The notes under the pieces are model-generated. The model saw nothing but the letters and a program-made list of their open reading frames with translations. It was not told where the DNA came from and did no database searches. 64,000 nt of DNA, from NCBI GenBank assembly GCA_050951805.1, contig JBMNJT010000002.1:1344001-1408000 (forward strand), given 5' to 3'. Positions 49,784 through 59,596 of this stretch are shown piece by piece. This stretch comes from Bacillota bacterium. GTDB taxonomy: Bacteria; Bacillota; DTU025. Within the stretch, counting starts at the first letter, position 1, and every line of letters starts with the position of its first letter. The translations under genes and the position numbers were made by a program.

Positions 49784-50203
49784 TTAGTCCTCAATGCCAA
49801 GCCAGTCGAGATAACCCTGGAGGATAATCGCGGCGGCAGTTTTGTCAACGGTCTGCCGTCGGCGTCTCCGCGAAAGATCGGCCTCGATCAGCAGTCTAGA
49901 TGCCTCTACTGTGCTCAAACGCTCATCCCACGTGACCACAGGAAGCTTCACCGCCCTCTCCAGTCGCTCACAGAAATCTTCAACCCGCTGCGCCGCCGGT
50001 CCGTAGCTTCCATCCATGTTCCTCGGCATGCCCACAACTATTTCACATGCCCCGACCTTTTTGGCGAGTTCTCCTATGCGGATAATATCCTGCTCCCAAC
50101 CGCGACTTTCAATTACAGTATGAGGCATGGCTGCAATGCCTAATTCGTCAGAGACTGCCACTCCTATTCGAGATTCACCGAGATCGATCCCGATACGAAC
50201 CAA
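49784..50203 (-). CDS. ruvX: RuvX/YqgF (YrrK) nuclease
   Basis: GIDLGESRIGVAVSD, VVGMP, WDERLST, VDKTAA..ILQ; SD AGGAGG before TTG 50203. Confidence 0.93.
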   Translation of the reverse strand: MVRIGIDLGESRIGVAVSDELGIAAMPHTVIESRGWEQDIIRIGELAKKVGACEIVVGMPRNMDGSYGPAAQRVEDFCERLERAVKLPVVTWDERLSTVEASRLLIEADLSRRRRRQTVDKTAAAIILQGYLDWLGIED

Positions 50204-50214
50204 CTTGCAACCTC

Positions 50215-51165
50215 CTATACCACCTTTATGCAGAACTCCTTGCAATGGGCGACACAGTACCCGCAGAGCACGCACTTTTCGGGATCGACCACGGCCCGTT
50301 CAGCGCCCATTCTGAGGGCTCCATGGCTGCATGCATCTATACATGCGCCGCATTTGGCGCACCACATTTCTATGAGGAGCCGCTTTTCTCCTGCAAGGCC
50401 ACTAAACATTTCTTGAGAGACTTTGCGTCCGGAAGCGATGGCCAGCTCAGCCTCGAGTTCTCCCACGTTTTTGATCCCGATCGCCACCAAGTCTATGTAG
50501 TCGTGATTCATAACCCACGTAAACGCGTGTAGGACCTCTCTGTAAAGATGTCCGCCTCCAAGAGGTTTCATGCTGTATGTTCCCACACCAGAAAGGCTCG
50601 CAGCTTCTATGGCCCTCTCCATGTCACAGACGCTCCCGTCCATGATGCCTATGCCTTGCAAGTTGAGGATGGGGTGCACCACGTCGATCTCCGGCATCTC
50701 CGAAACAGCGTCCACCACTTTCACTGCATGCCTAGAGACCGATACTGCCCTGATCAGGCCATTTCCCTTCGCGTCTTAAAGATACCGGATCGCGTCAACA
50801 TGCCCATTGAGCGTCAGCCGGCTTTCCTGTTCGTGAAGACCAAATATGTCGATATAGTCTCTACTCCGATATCCCGCAATGCCCGCTCCAGGCTTTCGCG
50901 CATGCCTTCGTACGTATACTGATAGCATCTCGACGAGATTACTATAGCCTCCCGCGGCACTCGGTGCAAGACTCTGCGCAAATATTCATAGACACCATAG
51001 AGCTCGGCAGTGCCGAAGAAACTGATGCCACGCTCCACGGCCTCGCAAATGAGGGCTGCGCCTACGTCTGGGCTGATATTAGCCTGCAATGGCCCCATTG
51101 TCAATGTTCCAAAGCATAGCCCTAGATACCTCTATGCCAGTTCGACTAAGGATTCCTCTTTCCAT
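50215..51165 (-). pseudogene. Disrupted aldo/keto reductase with C-terminal 2x[4Fe-4S] domain
   Basis: ATG 51165 MERGILSRTGIEVSR, frameshift, LCFGTLTMGP...; second frameshift near 50860 before YIDIFGLHEQES; in-frame TAA near 50777; intact C-terminal MKPLGGG and two CxxCxxCxxxC motifs. Confidence 0.85.
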
Positions 51166-51167
51166 TT

Positions 51168-53552
51168 TCAGGCCCCTTCGGCTAGGATCTCGTCTACAAC
51201 GTAGCCCAGCAGCGCAAACGCAGGCATCATAGCCACAGTAGCGCACGCCACAACCCCGGAATCATTCACAGCCATGGCCACAAGCGCGCCAGCCAATCCG
51301 CCCATGACTGATACGTACACGATTGGGTAATCATCGCGGAATCGTCGAAACAAGCCAAAAGGCTTGCCTGCGAGCACCGTAAGGGCGATGAGGAAGGCCA
51401 ACAGTACCCGTGTCCATGCTGTATATCGTAGCAGGCGCATATTCATTGCCAGCTTTCGCCATGCAATTACGCCCAGCTGGCCTAGGCCCATGTCAATCGC
51501 TTCTGTCGCACCGTGGGCATCCTCGCGTTCCTGCACCGCTCCAACATCTGCATCAGCTCCATCTGCGCCTGTTTGATCGGTCAGAAGCCGCCACGCTCTG
51601 CCAATGTGGGACGAACGTTTCCCTTTGGCATCAGCCCAGGCCATACCTGCGCAAGCCCCGACCGCCACAACGACTATGGCGACCATCGCTACGACCTTTG
51701 CCCGGCGTGAAAAAGTGCTTCTTGCAAACGCCATCACGCCCATGAAAACCGCTATTGCAGCGGCGGTGACCATTCCTCCGAAGTTGGCGCCTATCGTCGG
51801 ATGCCCGAGCAGCATGGAGATGGCCCCTACGCCGATAGCTGCGCCCGCCGTTGCCTTACCCGACCTGGAGACAACGCGTTCCGCTCCGGTCCACATTTCG
51901 CCCAGTGCGGAAAGGCAAATAGCAGCTGAGCCCGCCAGAACACCCATGAGTTCGTTGCCTATCCCATAGTACCGCGCCCCCACTATTGCGGAATGGCCCA
52001 GAAGGGACGTTGCAGCAAGGGTGCCTCCGGCAAGACCATCTGCGATGATCACTACGGCCGATGCCGCAGCGATCCCAACAGATGCCCACATGCATGATGA
52101 AGTTGTTCTCATGAGCAACAAAGAGATGATGGCCGATCCCAAAGATGCAAACAGGAGAGTTCCAGCGATCCCCTGAATCCTCAGGATCGGGGCAACCAGA
52201 ATGAGCAATGGCTGGGCCGCCACTGACAGTAACAAAAACTTCGCAAAGAACACAAAAACAGCAGGCACCCGAAGTCCGAGGAGAGCAACTGCGAGGACAC
52301 TGAAAACCGCAATTACAACCGTTCCTATAAACACGCTAAGCACCGGAACCCGCGACGAAGCCGCAATCTGCAGCGATTCTGCCATGCGCATCAGTCTCTC
52401 TGCAACATTTTGTTCCTCTCCAGCCCTGATGCCGATCATTGGCGATCCATCATGAGGCCATGCCTCCTGAACACCCAGACCGTCGAGGATTGTGGCGGCC
52501 AGATCCAGATTGGCAACAAGTCCCTCGCGACGAGTTGTGTCGCTTGACAGCATACCCCGGGGATACTGCCAACCTGCGATCGCCACAGGCCCGAGGGACG
52601 ACGGTTCTCCCGGAGAGAACAGTATGTATGCGAGGTCATCAGAGGGCGGTCCCACAGCCTCAAAGAGGGCTCTGAAAATCTCATCGAGTTTTCCGTAGCA
52701 TTTACCAAGCTGCTCGACGCGGGCCTCCGAGGAGAGGTTTGATAGGTAGCGCCCGAGCCGATTCATGTCACCGAAATCCACAGTCACAGCAGCGATATTC
52801 GGCCGAGAAAGGGCATCCGCTGTCGCATGCGCCATGGCCAAAGCGTCGCAGGAAATTCCGAATGGAGCGCTAGGGTCGGTTGCGACGATTTCTGCGCCGA
52901 CCGCGCCGCGAGCAACGCGTCCCTTTGCATCCATGACCAGAAGAACTCCAGGCCGCACCTGAACCCCGGCTACGTCGGAATTCCCGACCACTGCCGCGGC
53001 AAACCCCGCCAAACGGAGGGATTCGCCAATCAGCCCGGGCCTACCCCGATAAGGCGACTGCTTACCCATGGCCTCCAGCTCCGGGTATCCCAGGCAGAGG
53101 ATCTCCCCAGAAAAGCGCTTCGCCTCCGCGCCTGTGCGACGAAGATAGACATCTTCAGCCCTTTCACCGTTGATACGCTCATCTCTGCCCAGCCCATAGC
53201 CAGCCGGCTCGCGGGCGCTCATTCGGCGTCCGGCGCCGAAGGTAGCTGCGGCCGAAAGGAGCCTGTCGCCCCCGTCTGCCGTTCGGCAGTTGGACATCCC
53301 TATGGATGCCGAGTCAAGGAAGGACAGAAGCCAAGGGCCACCATGCTCCAGGGCATCCCTCAATGAGAAGCCATCGGCTATTATAACTATGACACCGCGT
53401 CGACCCGGGAAATCTTCGAACCTCTCCCCGTTCGGCGCCGCTATGGCGGACGCCAAGGCATGGTTTGACACTGCGCACAACAACGCGACAAGGATAACAA
53501 CGCAGGTTCCAGTTTTGGAGACGGAAAAAGGCGCCCAGCGTGGGGGCGCCAC
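51168..53552 (-). CDS. Large membrane protein: extracellular alkaline-phosphatase-like domain plus multi-TM C-terminus
   Basis: Signal peptide, VIVIIADG, SDTTRREGLVANLDLAATIL, GARYYGIGNE, GANFGG, RKLAMN, NDSGVVA. Confidence 0.75.
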   Translation of the reverse strand: MAPPRWAPFSVSKTGTCVVILVALLCAVSNHALASAIAAPNGERFEDFPGRRGVIVIIADGFSLRDALEHGGPWLLSFLDSASIGMSNCRTADGGDRLLSAAATFGAGRRMSAREPAGYGLGRDERINGERAEDVYLRRTGAEAKRFSGEILCLGYPELEAMGKQSPYRGRPGLIGESLRLAGFAAAVVGNSDVAGVQVRPGVLLVMDAKGRVARGAVGAEIVATDPSAPFGISCDALAMAHATADALSRPNIAAVTVDFGDMNRLGRYLSNLSSEARVEQLGKCYGKLDEIFRALFEAVGPPSDDLAYILFSPGEPSSLGPVAIAGWQYPRGMLSSDTTRREGLVANLDLAATILDGLGVQEAWPHDGSPMIGIRAGEEQNVAERLMRMAESLQIAASSRVPVLSVFIGTVVIAVFSVLAVALLGLRVPAVFVFFAKFLLLSVAAQPLLILVAPILRIQGIAGTLLFASLGSAIISLLLMRTTSSCMWASVGIAAASAVVIIADGLAGGTLAATSLLGHSAIVGARYYGIGNELMGVLAGSAAICLSALGEMWTGAERVVSRSGKATAGAAIGVGAISMLLGHPTIGANFGGMVTAAAIAVFMGVMAFARSTFSRRAKVVAMVAIVVVAVGACAGMAWADAKGKRSSHIGRAWRLLTDQTGADGADADVGAVQEREDAHGATEAIDMGLGQLGVIAWRKLAMNMRLLRYTAWTRVLLAFLIALTVLAGKPFGLFRRFRDDYPIVYVSVMGGLAGALVAMAVNDSGVVACATVAMMPAFALLGYVVDEILAEGA

Positions 53553-53556
53553 TCGA

Positions 53557-53820
53557 TCATTCTTTCCTGAGATAACTCCGAACCAGCTCCTCTATAATCT
53601 CATCACGCTCCACCTTGCGAATGGTGTTGCGCGCGTTTCTGTGACTCGTAATATATGTCGGATCGCCCGAAAGGAGGTAACCCACGAGCTGGTTCACGGG
53701 GTTGTACCCCTTTTCCTCAAGGGCAATCGTCACTTCGGTAAGGGCTTTCTTTACCGGAGTGACTTCCTGTTCCGCCTCGACAGCAGGGTACTTCACTGTT
53801 TCATCCCATTTACCACTCAT
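53557..53820 (-). CDS. ireB: IreB (UPF0297/YrzL) regulatory phosphoprotein
   Basis: [48 protein letters not shown]; start ATG 53820. Confidence 0.93.
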   Translation of the reverse strand: MSGKWDETVKYPAVEAEQEVTPVKKALTEVTIALEEKGYNPVNQLVGYLLSGDPTYITSHRNARNTIRKVERDEIIEELVRSYLRKE

Positions 53821-53857
53821 AAACCACACCACCCCGGGCAGATTTAGTCTTTCCTCA

Positions 53858-56497
53858 TCAGGACGCAGAATGCGCCCGAACCACATCGACGCCGGCTTCG
53901 ATCGCCGCCTCAAGCTTAGAGACATCTCTTCCTCCAGCTTGGGCCATATCGGGCCTGCCACCTCCGCCTCCACCAGCTACTTTGGCCGCTTCGCGAACTA
54001 TCGAGCCCGCGTTAAAGCCTTGTTTCACAAGATCGCGGCTGACCGTCGCAACGAAAAGAACCTTTTCTTCCGCCTTAGATCCCAACAGTACAATGCCGGA
54101 ACCTAGCTTGTCTCGCACAGCGTCTGCCAGATTGCGCAAAGCTTCCGGATCGGCCAGTTCGACAGGGGCAGCTACAACAGGAATGTCATCGACCATGATT
54201 CTGCCGGCAACCAACGAATCCACGCCGCCAACGGCCAGGCGCTCACGGAGGCGCGCGATCTCCCGCTCCTTCTCCTTCAACTCGCCCAAGAGCTTCTCCA
54301 CGCGCTCGACCATCATATCCTCAGGAACCTTAAGAATCTCAGCCAAGCTCTGAAACTCTCTATCCATATCGTTGAAACGCTGGAGGAACGCGTAACCGGT
54401 TATCGCTTCTATTCTGCGAACTCCTGCCGCAATACCGCTTTCTGACACGATTTTGACGAGGCCGATCTCTCCTGTTCGGGACACATGCGTCCCGCCGCAC
54501 AATTCCAGACTGATATCGCCGATACCCACCATCCGGACTTCATCGCCATATTTCTCATCAAAGAGTGCTATTGCACCAAGCCTATGGGCCTCGTCGATAG
54601 TAGTCATCCTCACGTCAACAGGAATGTCCGCCATGACCCATCGATTTGCCAAAAGCTCGACTTGGGCAAGCTCGTCTACGGTGAGTGCCTCAAAATGCGA
54701 AAAGTCAAACCTGAGTCGCTCGCCGTCCACGTATGAACCGGCCTGCTGCACGTGTTCTCCCAGGACTTGTCTGAGCGCAGCCTGGATAAGATGTGTGGCC
54801 GTGTGGTTTCGCATGGTGGCGGCTCTGCGATCTTCATCAACATACGCAATGACTCTATCGCCTACCTTCAGCGTGCCCCTTATCATATGAACCTGGTGGG
54901 TAATGACGCTTTCGAACGGTCGGCTGACGCTGCACACCTCCGCCACTGCACCCCTTGACGAGACTATCAATCCCGTATCAGCCTGCTGTCCACCACCGGT
55001 CGGGTAGAACGGGGTCTTGTTCATCACTGTCTCGCCATCTTGGTCCTCGGAGAGCTCCGCAAGGCTGTTCCCATCTTTTCCGATTATGGCAATGATATTG
55101 GCCGTGTCCGCAAACTCATGGTACCCCACAAATTCCGTTGTCAAATCTCCGATTGCGTCATGATACTTCGCGCTCTTCTCATCAAGGTAGGCATTCTCGC
55201 CCCGAGCGGCACGCGCCCGCTCTCTCTGAGCCTCCATTGCCTCATCGAAGTGGGCCTTGTCAACTTGGAGGCCGCGCTCTGATGCTATCTCCTCGGTCAG
55301 TTCGAACGGAAAACCGTACGTGTCATAAAGTTTGAAAGCATCCTCACCGGGGAGCATTCTACCCCCGTCCCGTTCGACCTCAGCAATAATCGATTCCAAA
55401 ACTACAGACCCTTGTTCAAGCGCTGCAGCAAACCTTTCTTCCTCGAGAGCTATGGCCTTCAGTATGCGATCGCGATCGCGTGCAAGCTCCGGATATGGGG
55501 CGGCCATTACATCTATGACCGTATCAGCAACTTGTGGAAGGAAGGATCCATCGATTCCAACAAGTCTTCCATATCTGGCAGCCCGTCTGAGAAGGCGGCG
55601 CAGAACATATCCACGTCCCTCGTTTGTCGGGAAAATCCCATCCGCTACCATGAAAGCGGCGGCACGAACGTGGTCAGTAATCACCCTGATCGCCACGTCA
55701 CTCTGGTGGTCGGCACCATATTCTACACAGGCCAGCTGAGCCGCTCGATCTCGCACCGCGCGAGTCTCATCGGTGTCGAAAATCGTCTCAGCCCCCTGAA
55801 GCACGGCCGCGACCCTTTCAAGTCCCATTCCAGTGTCGATTCCCGGCCGCTCAAGTGGAGTATAGTTTCCATCTTCGTCTTTATGGTATTGGATGAAGAC
55901 GAGGTTCCACAGTTCAATGAATCTGCCACAGTCGCAGTCAAGACCGCATTCAGGAGATCCGCACCCCACATCGGCGCCACGGTCAATGTGTATTTCGGAA
56001 CATGGGCCACATGGCCCAACCCCTATCTCCCAGAAGTTATCCTTCTTGCCTTTCCTGATAATGCGATCTGCAGAAACACCTACCACATCGCGCCAGATAT
56101 TAAAGGCTTCGTCATCATCGAGGTATATGGTTACCCAAAGGTTTTCAGGGGCTAAACCCAAGACATCAGTGACGAACTCCCACGCCCACGGTATTGCCTC
56201 GGCTTTGAAGTAGTCACCAAATGAGAAGTTGCCCAGCATCTCAAAGAAAGTGCCGTGACGGGTAGTCTTCCCCACATTGTCTATGTCGCCGGTTCGCACA
56301 CACTTCTGGCACGTTGTGACCCGTGTGTGCTCGGGCACTGCAGTGCCCAGAAAATACGGCTTAAACGGCACCATCCCCGCGGCTGTTAGGAGCAGGGTCG
56401 GATCGCCCGCCGGAACGAGCGGCGCTGACGGCAGAATTTTGTGCCCTTTTGATTCAAAAAACCTGAGATACGCTTGCCTTAGTTCATCGGTTTTCAC
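53858..56497 (-). CDS. alaS: Alanine--tRNA ligase
   Basis: [59 protein letters not shown]. Confidence 0.98.
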   Translation of the reverse strand: MKTDELRQAYLRFFESKGHKILPSAPLVPAGDPTLLLTAAGMVPFKPYFLGTAVPEHTRVTTCQKCVRTGDIDNVGKTTRHGTFFEMLGNFSFGDYFKAEAIPWAWEFVTDVLGLAPENLWVTIYLDDDEAFNIWRDVVGVSADRIIRKGKKDNFWEIGVGPCGPCSEIHIDRGADVGCGSPECGLDCDCGRFIELWNLVFIQYHKDEDGNYTPLERPGIDTGMGLERVAAVLQGAETIFDTDETRAVRDRAAQLACVEYGADHQSDVAIRVITDHVRAAAFMVADGIFPTNEGRGYVLRRLLRRAARYGRLVGIDGSFLPQVADTVIDVMAAPYPELARDRDRILKAIALEEERFAAALEQGSVVLESIIAEVERDGGRMLPGEDAFKLYDTYGFPFELTEEIASERGLQVDKAHFDEAMEAQRERARAARGENAYLDEKSAKYHDAIGDLTTEFVGYHEFADTANIIAIIGKDGNSLAELSEDQDGETVMNKTPFYPTGGGQQADTGLIVSSRGAVAEVCSVSRPFESVITHQVHMIRGTLKVGDRVIAYVDEDRRAATMRNHTATHLIQAALRQVLGEHVQQAGSYVDGERLRFDFSHFEALTVDELAQVELLANRWVMADIPVDVRMTTIDEAHRLGAIALFDEKYGDEVRMVGIGDISLELCGGTHVSRTGEIGLVKIVSESGIAAGVRRIEAITGYAFLQRFNDMDREFQSLAEILKVPEDMMVERVEKLLGELKEKEREIARLRERLAVGGVDSLVAGRIMVDDIPVVAAPVELADPEALRNLADAVRDKLGSGIVLLGSKAEEKVLFVATVSRDLVKQGFNAGSIVREAAKVAGGGGGGRPDMAQAGGRDVSKLEAAIEAGVDVVRAHSAS

Positions 56498-56903
56498 ATA
56501 TTACACCCCATCTAGAAAGCCCCTGCCGCATAGCCGGGATGCTTCTGCAAACTCTCGTAAGTCTACTCAAGTACATTATCATAACGCCGCTGCTCGCACA
56601 ATACGGCATACGGCTCCACTCCCATCCTCCGCGTGCACAGGCTTCGCGCTATGAATAACTGAAATGGCCACTGTGCCATGGCAGATTTCAGGCTTCCTCA
56701 TGCGTTAGGCATACGGAATCCAATCTCCACAAGACGAAGCTGGATTTCCACTTCAAAGCGCCAAAAACGATTCATAAACCACTCCGGTACGAAGAAGACC
56801 ACTTTACCCGCAAAACGCCAGGCCCACCATGTCAACGGCTGCCCAAAAGGCTAACAATTCAAGCCGAAACGAGGTGGGCCCCTTTCTCGGGAAAGGCGCG
56901 CTG

Positions 56904-57314
56904 CTACAGAATCTCCCAGTCGATCTCAATGTCTACCGCTTTCTCCAACATCACATCGACTTGACAGTATTTCAACCTGGCGAGGTTAACCGCCCATTCT
57001 ATGTCCCCATCGGTGACACCGCTCTCCTCAAACCTGAGCGAAGCATGGATTTTGGTGAACACAGTCGGTGGCTGGGGTTCCCGTTCAGCCTCGATTGTCA
57101 TGGACATCTTCCCCACATCAAGCCTCTTCTTCTCGAGCAAGGATTTTACGGTCATAGAGAGACAACCACCGAGAGAAAACAAGACCATTTCCATGGGAGT
57201 AGCGGCAGCGGCTCTCTTCCCTTCCTTATTCGAATCCATGACAACCCAGTGATTCGTGTCAGACTTGGCAAGCATAGTAAGGTCCGCAACATTGATTATC
57301 TCTGCTTTCATCAT
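56904..57314 (-). CDS. OsmC family protein (YhfA-like)
   Basis: PMEMVLFSLGGC..KYCQV; SD GGGAGG. Confidence 0.88.
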   Translation of the reverse strand: MMKAEIINVADLTMLAKSDTNHWVVMDSNKEGKRAAAATPMEMVLFSLGGCLSMTVKSLLEKKRLDVGKMSMTIEAEREPQPPTVFTKIHASLRFEESGVTDGDIEWAVNLARLKYCQVDVMLEKAVDIEIDWEIL

Positions 57315-57380
57315 CTGTTCCTCCCTGCGCATCATGCAACTGAATCATCGCAATCGTCAGGCATTCAGTCCAAGCCCTCT

Positions 57381-57408
57381 ATTCTACCTGTTGCCCCTCG
57401 TATCCTTC
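57381..57408 (-). promoter_or_regulatory. SigmaH promoter of the OsmC-family gene
   Basis: GAAGGATA-N13-GTAGAAT, close match to RNAGGAWW...RNNGAAT. Confidence 0.65.
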
Positions 57409-57454
57409 GCGCCCTGACCGGGTTAAGGCCCAAATCCTTGCGAGACGGGCAAGC

Positions 57455-58576
57455 TCAATCTGTTGTCAACAGGAGCCTTTCTCCCAGTATGAATATGACA
57501 GCAGCTACTGGCACTGCAAAAAGTATCCCCATTACGCCAAAAAGGGCACCTCCCACGAGCAGCGCACCTATAACGGCCAGGGGATGCAAACCTACACAAT
57601 CGCCCACAATCCTAGGGGAGACTATCGCCGACTCCACCTGTTGGATTAATGTGAATGCTACTGTCACTATGATCGCTGTGAGGGTAGATTTCTGAACAGC
57701 CATGAGAACAGCCGGTACCATGCCAAGGAGCGGGCCGAAGTAAGGTATTATCTCAAGAATCCCAACCAGAACCCCTATGGGCAGCGCATATTCGACGCCA
57801 AGCAAGGCCAGTGAACCCCCTGTGGCCACGCCCACAAAGGTGCAGACGATTACCTGCCCCCTTACCCAACCGGCCAATGCTTCATCTATCCCGGAGATGG
57901 CACCCATTATCCTGTCGCGTGAATCTTGGGGAAGCCAAGATGCGAAACGTTCTTTAATGTCATCCACGTCCCGAGTGAGATAGAAAGCGATCACAGGAGC
58001 AACTATGATGCTTCCCAGCTGCGAAATGAGGATGGATACACTGCGCCTTGCAGCCAAGGCAAACTCCCGAATATATGACTCGACCCCGGCCACAGCGGCT
58101 TCCGCTATGCGTGAAGTGGTTCGCTCAGGCAGGAATGTGACCTTCTGTCCCCATTCATGAACCAACGTCTCCAAGCCTTTGCCGGTTCGCCATTCTCCCT
58201 TCGAACCTTCCTTATAATCCGGAGTTGGTTCCTGTAAGCTCGTGTCTGATCCACCGGAGTCCATTCCGAAACCGCTCGCGTCCGAAAAAACCCTCACAAT
58301 CTCGTCCAGTTGCGCCGCCAGAGGCGGAATAACGAATATCAGCGAGTAACCTATTACAGCAGTCACCACCAAATAAGCCGTGAAGATAGCTGCAGATCTT
58401 TGGGCTCCCCGCGCCTCAATAATCATCACAAGCGGTCTTATGAGATAAGATATGGCAATTGCGATCAGAAACGGCACGAAGGCGCGTCGCGCCTTATAGG
58501 CAACGAACAAGGTCGCCACTACCGCAGTCATAATTGCTATGGCGCGCACTATCGCCGCGCCCCAGCGCGATGCCAC
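57455..58576 (-). CDS. AI-2E family transporter (YrrI-like)
   Basis: PFLIA..SYLIRP, WVRGQ, IIPYFGP, QQVES..SPRIVG..GLHP, GILFAVP; start refined to GTG 58576. Confidence 0.9.
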   Translation of the reverse strand: MASRWGAAIVRAIAIMTAVVATLFVAYKARRAFVPFLIAIAISYLIRPLVMIIEARGAQRSAAIFTAYLVVTAVIGYSLIFVIPPLAAQLDEIVRVFSDASGFGMDSGGSDTSLQEPTPDYKEGSKGEWRTGKGLETLVHEWGQKVTFLPERTTSRIAEAAVAGVESYIREFALAARRSVSILISQLGSIIVAPVIAFYLTRDVDDIKERFASWLPQDSRDRIMGAISGIDEALAGWVRGQVIVCTFVGVATGGSLALLGVEYALPIGVLVGILEIIPYFGPLLGMVPAVLMAVQKSTLTAIIVTVAFTLIQQVESAIVSPRIVGDCVGLHPLAVIGALLVGGALFGVMGILFAVPVAAVIFILGERLLLTTD

Positions 58577-58610
58577 ATCCACATCCCTCACAGTCCACGA
58601 GGAGAAACTG

Positions 58611-58640
58611 ATTATATGCAGGTGCGCATCGACTCTACGC
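58611..58640 (-). promoter_or_regulatory. Putative mother-cell sigmaE/K promoter of the AI-2E gene
   Basis: GCGTA-N17-CATATAAT. Confidence 0.45.
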
Positions 58641-58722
58641 CGCACCAAGAACCCCTACAGACGGCAAATAGACCGGCCACGGCAGGCAACGCCCGTGACC
58701 GGTCCTCCCTGACCATCGCTGG

Positions 58723-58962
58723 CTAGCTCTCACAGTCACCTGTGACGCGCCGCCCTACAGACTGCATCGCCTCCACTACTGGCTCGGCCATAGTCCGAAC
58801 TTGTCTGGAGACTCTAGTACGCCTCATCCCCAACGGAGTTTCACTCGCAACTTCCTCGCGCAATGTCTCCCTGCCAGACCGAGATGAGTTCAGTGCCATC
58901 AAAACCCCAACACCCGCCCCAATAAGGCTGCCTGTGAGGAAGATCTTCCAGGACCTTCGAAT
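58723..58962 (-). CDS. Small YtxH-like single-TM protein (apparent ATT start)
   Basis: FLTGSLIGAGVGVLMA..SGRETLRE; SD GGGAGGG 7 nt before in-frame ATT 58962. Confidence 0.65.
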   Translation of the reverse strand: MRRSWKIFLTGSLIGAGVGVLMALNSSRSGRETLREEVASETPLGMRRTRVSRQVRTMAEPVVEAMQSVGRRVTGDCES

Positions 58963-58988
58963 CTTCGGTCCCTCCCTTCTGCACCACG

Positions 58989-59018
58989 TATTATTCCCTC
59001 CGAAGGAGGAGAGTACCC
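58989..59018 (-). promoter_or_regulatory. SigmaF/G promoter of the YtxH-like gene
   Basis: GGGTA-N15-GGGAATAATA. Confidence 0.6.
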
Positions 59019-59099
59019 GCGGCGCAGCCAGATTCGCCGGCTCGGGACCGACCATGTCCAGGCAATTGCATACCACACGTCACTTTATCGAAAATGCCA

Positions 59100-59543
59100 T
59101 TATTCCTGCCCTTCGACCTCGTCATGGTCATGTTCGTCAATTCGTATGGATGCAGAATCGATCCCTAAGTCAAGATCTTTATGTTTCTCAAGGTAGTCCT
59201 TGATAGCCGCATGCACCGCGCTTGCCGCGAGGTTGGAACAATGCATCTTCTGCGGAGGCAATCCATCGAGAGCCTCGGCCACAGCCCGGTTGGAAACCTC
59301 AAGGGCCTCAGCTAAGGTCTTACCCTTGACCATCTCCGTAGCCATGCTAGACGTGGCAATGGCCGCCCCGCATCCAAAGGTCTTGAACTTTATATCAGTT
59401 ATGATTCCGTCATCTACCTTGATCTCGATCCTCATAATGTCCCCGCAAACCGGATTTCCTACCTGTCCAACTCCATCGGGGTTGGGTATCTCGCCCACGT
59501 TCCGCGGATTGCTGAAATGATCCATCACCTTGTCGCTGTACAC
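59100..59543 (-). CDS. iscU: Fe-S scaffold NifU/IscU
   Basis: YSDKVMDHFSNPRNVG, CGD, FGCGAAIA, LPPQKMHCS. Confidence 0.95.
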   Translation of the reverse strand: MYSDKVMDHFSNPRNVGEIPNPDGVGQVGNPVCGDIMRIEIKVDDGIITDIKFKTFGCGAAIATSSMATEMVKGKTLAEALEVSNRAVAEALDGLPPQKMHCSNLAASAVHAAIKDYLEKHKDLDLGIDSASIRIDEHDHDEVEGQE

Positions 59544-59596
59544 TTAGTGCACCTCCCCAAAGCTGCGGGGACAGCCCCGCCGAACTCAAACCATAT

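Noticed and set aside
56500-56900. Expected T-box leader upstream of alaS
   Set aside because: No T-box (GGTGGTACC-type) motif or terminator seen; a -10-like TGATAAT lies only about 80 bp upstream of the start
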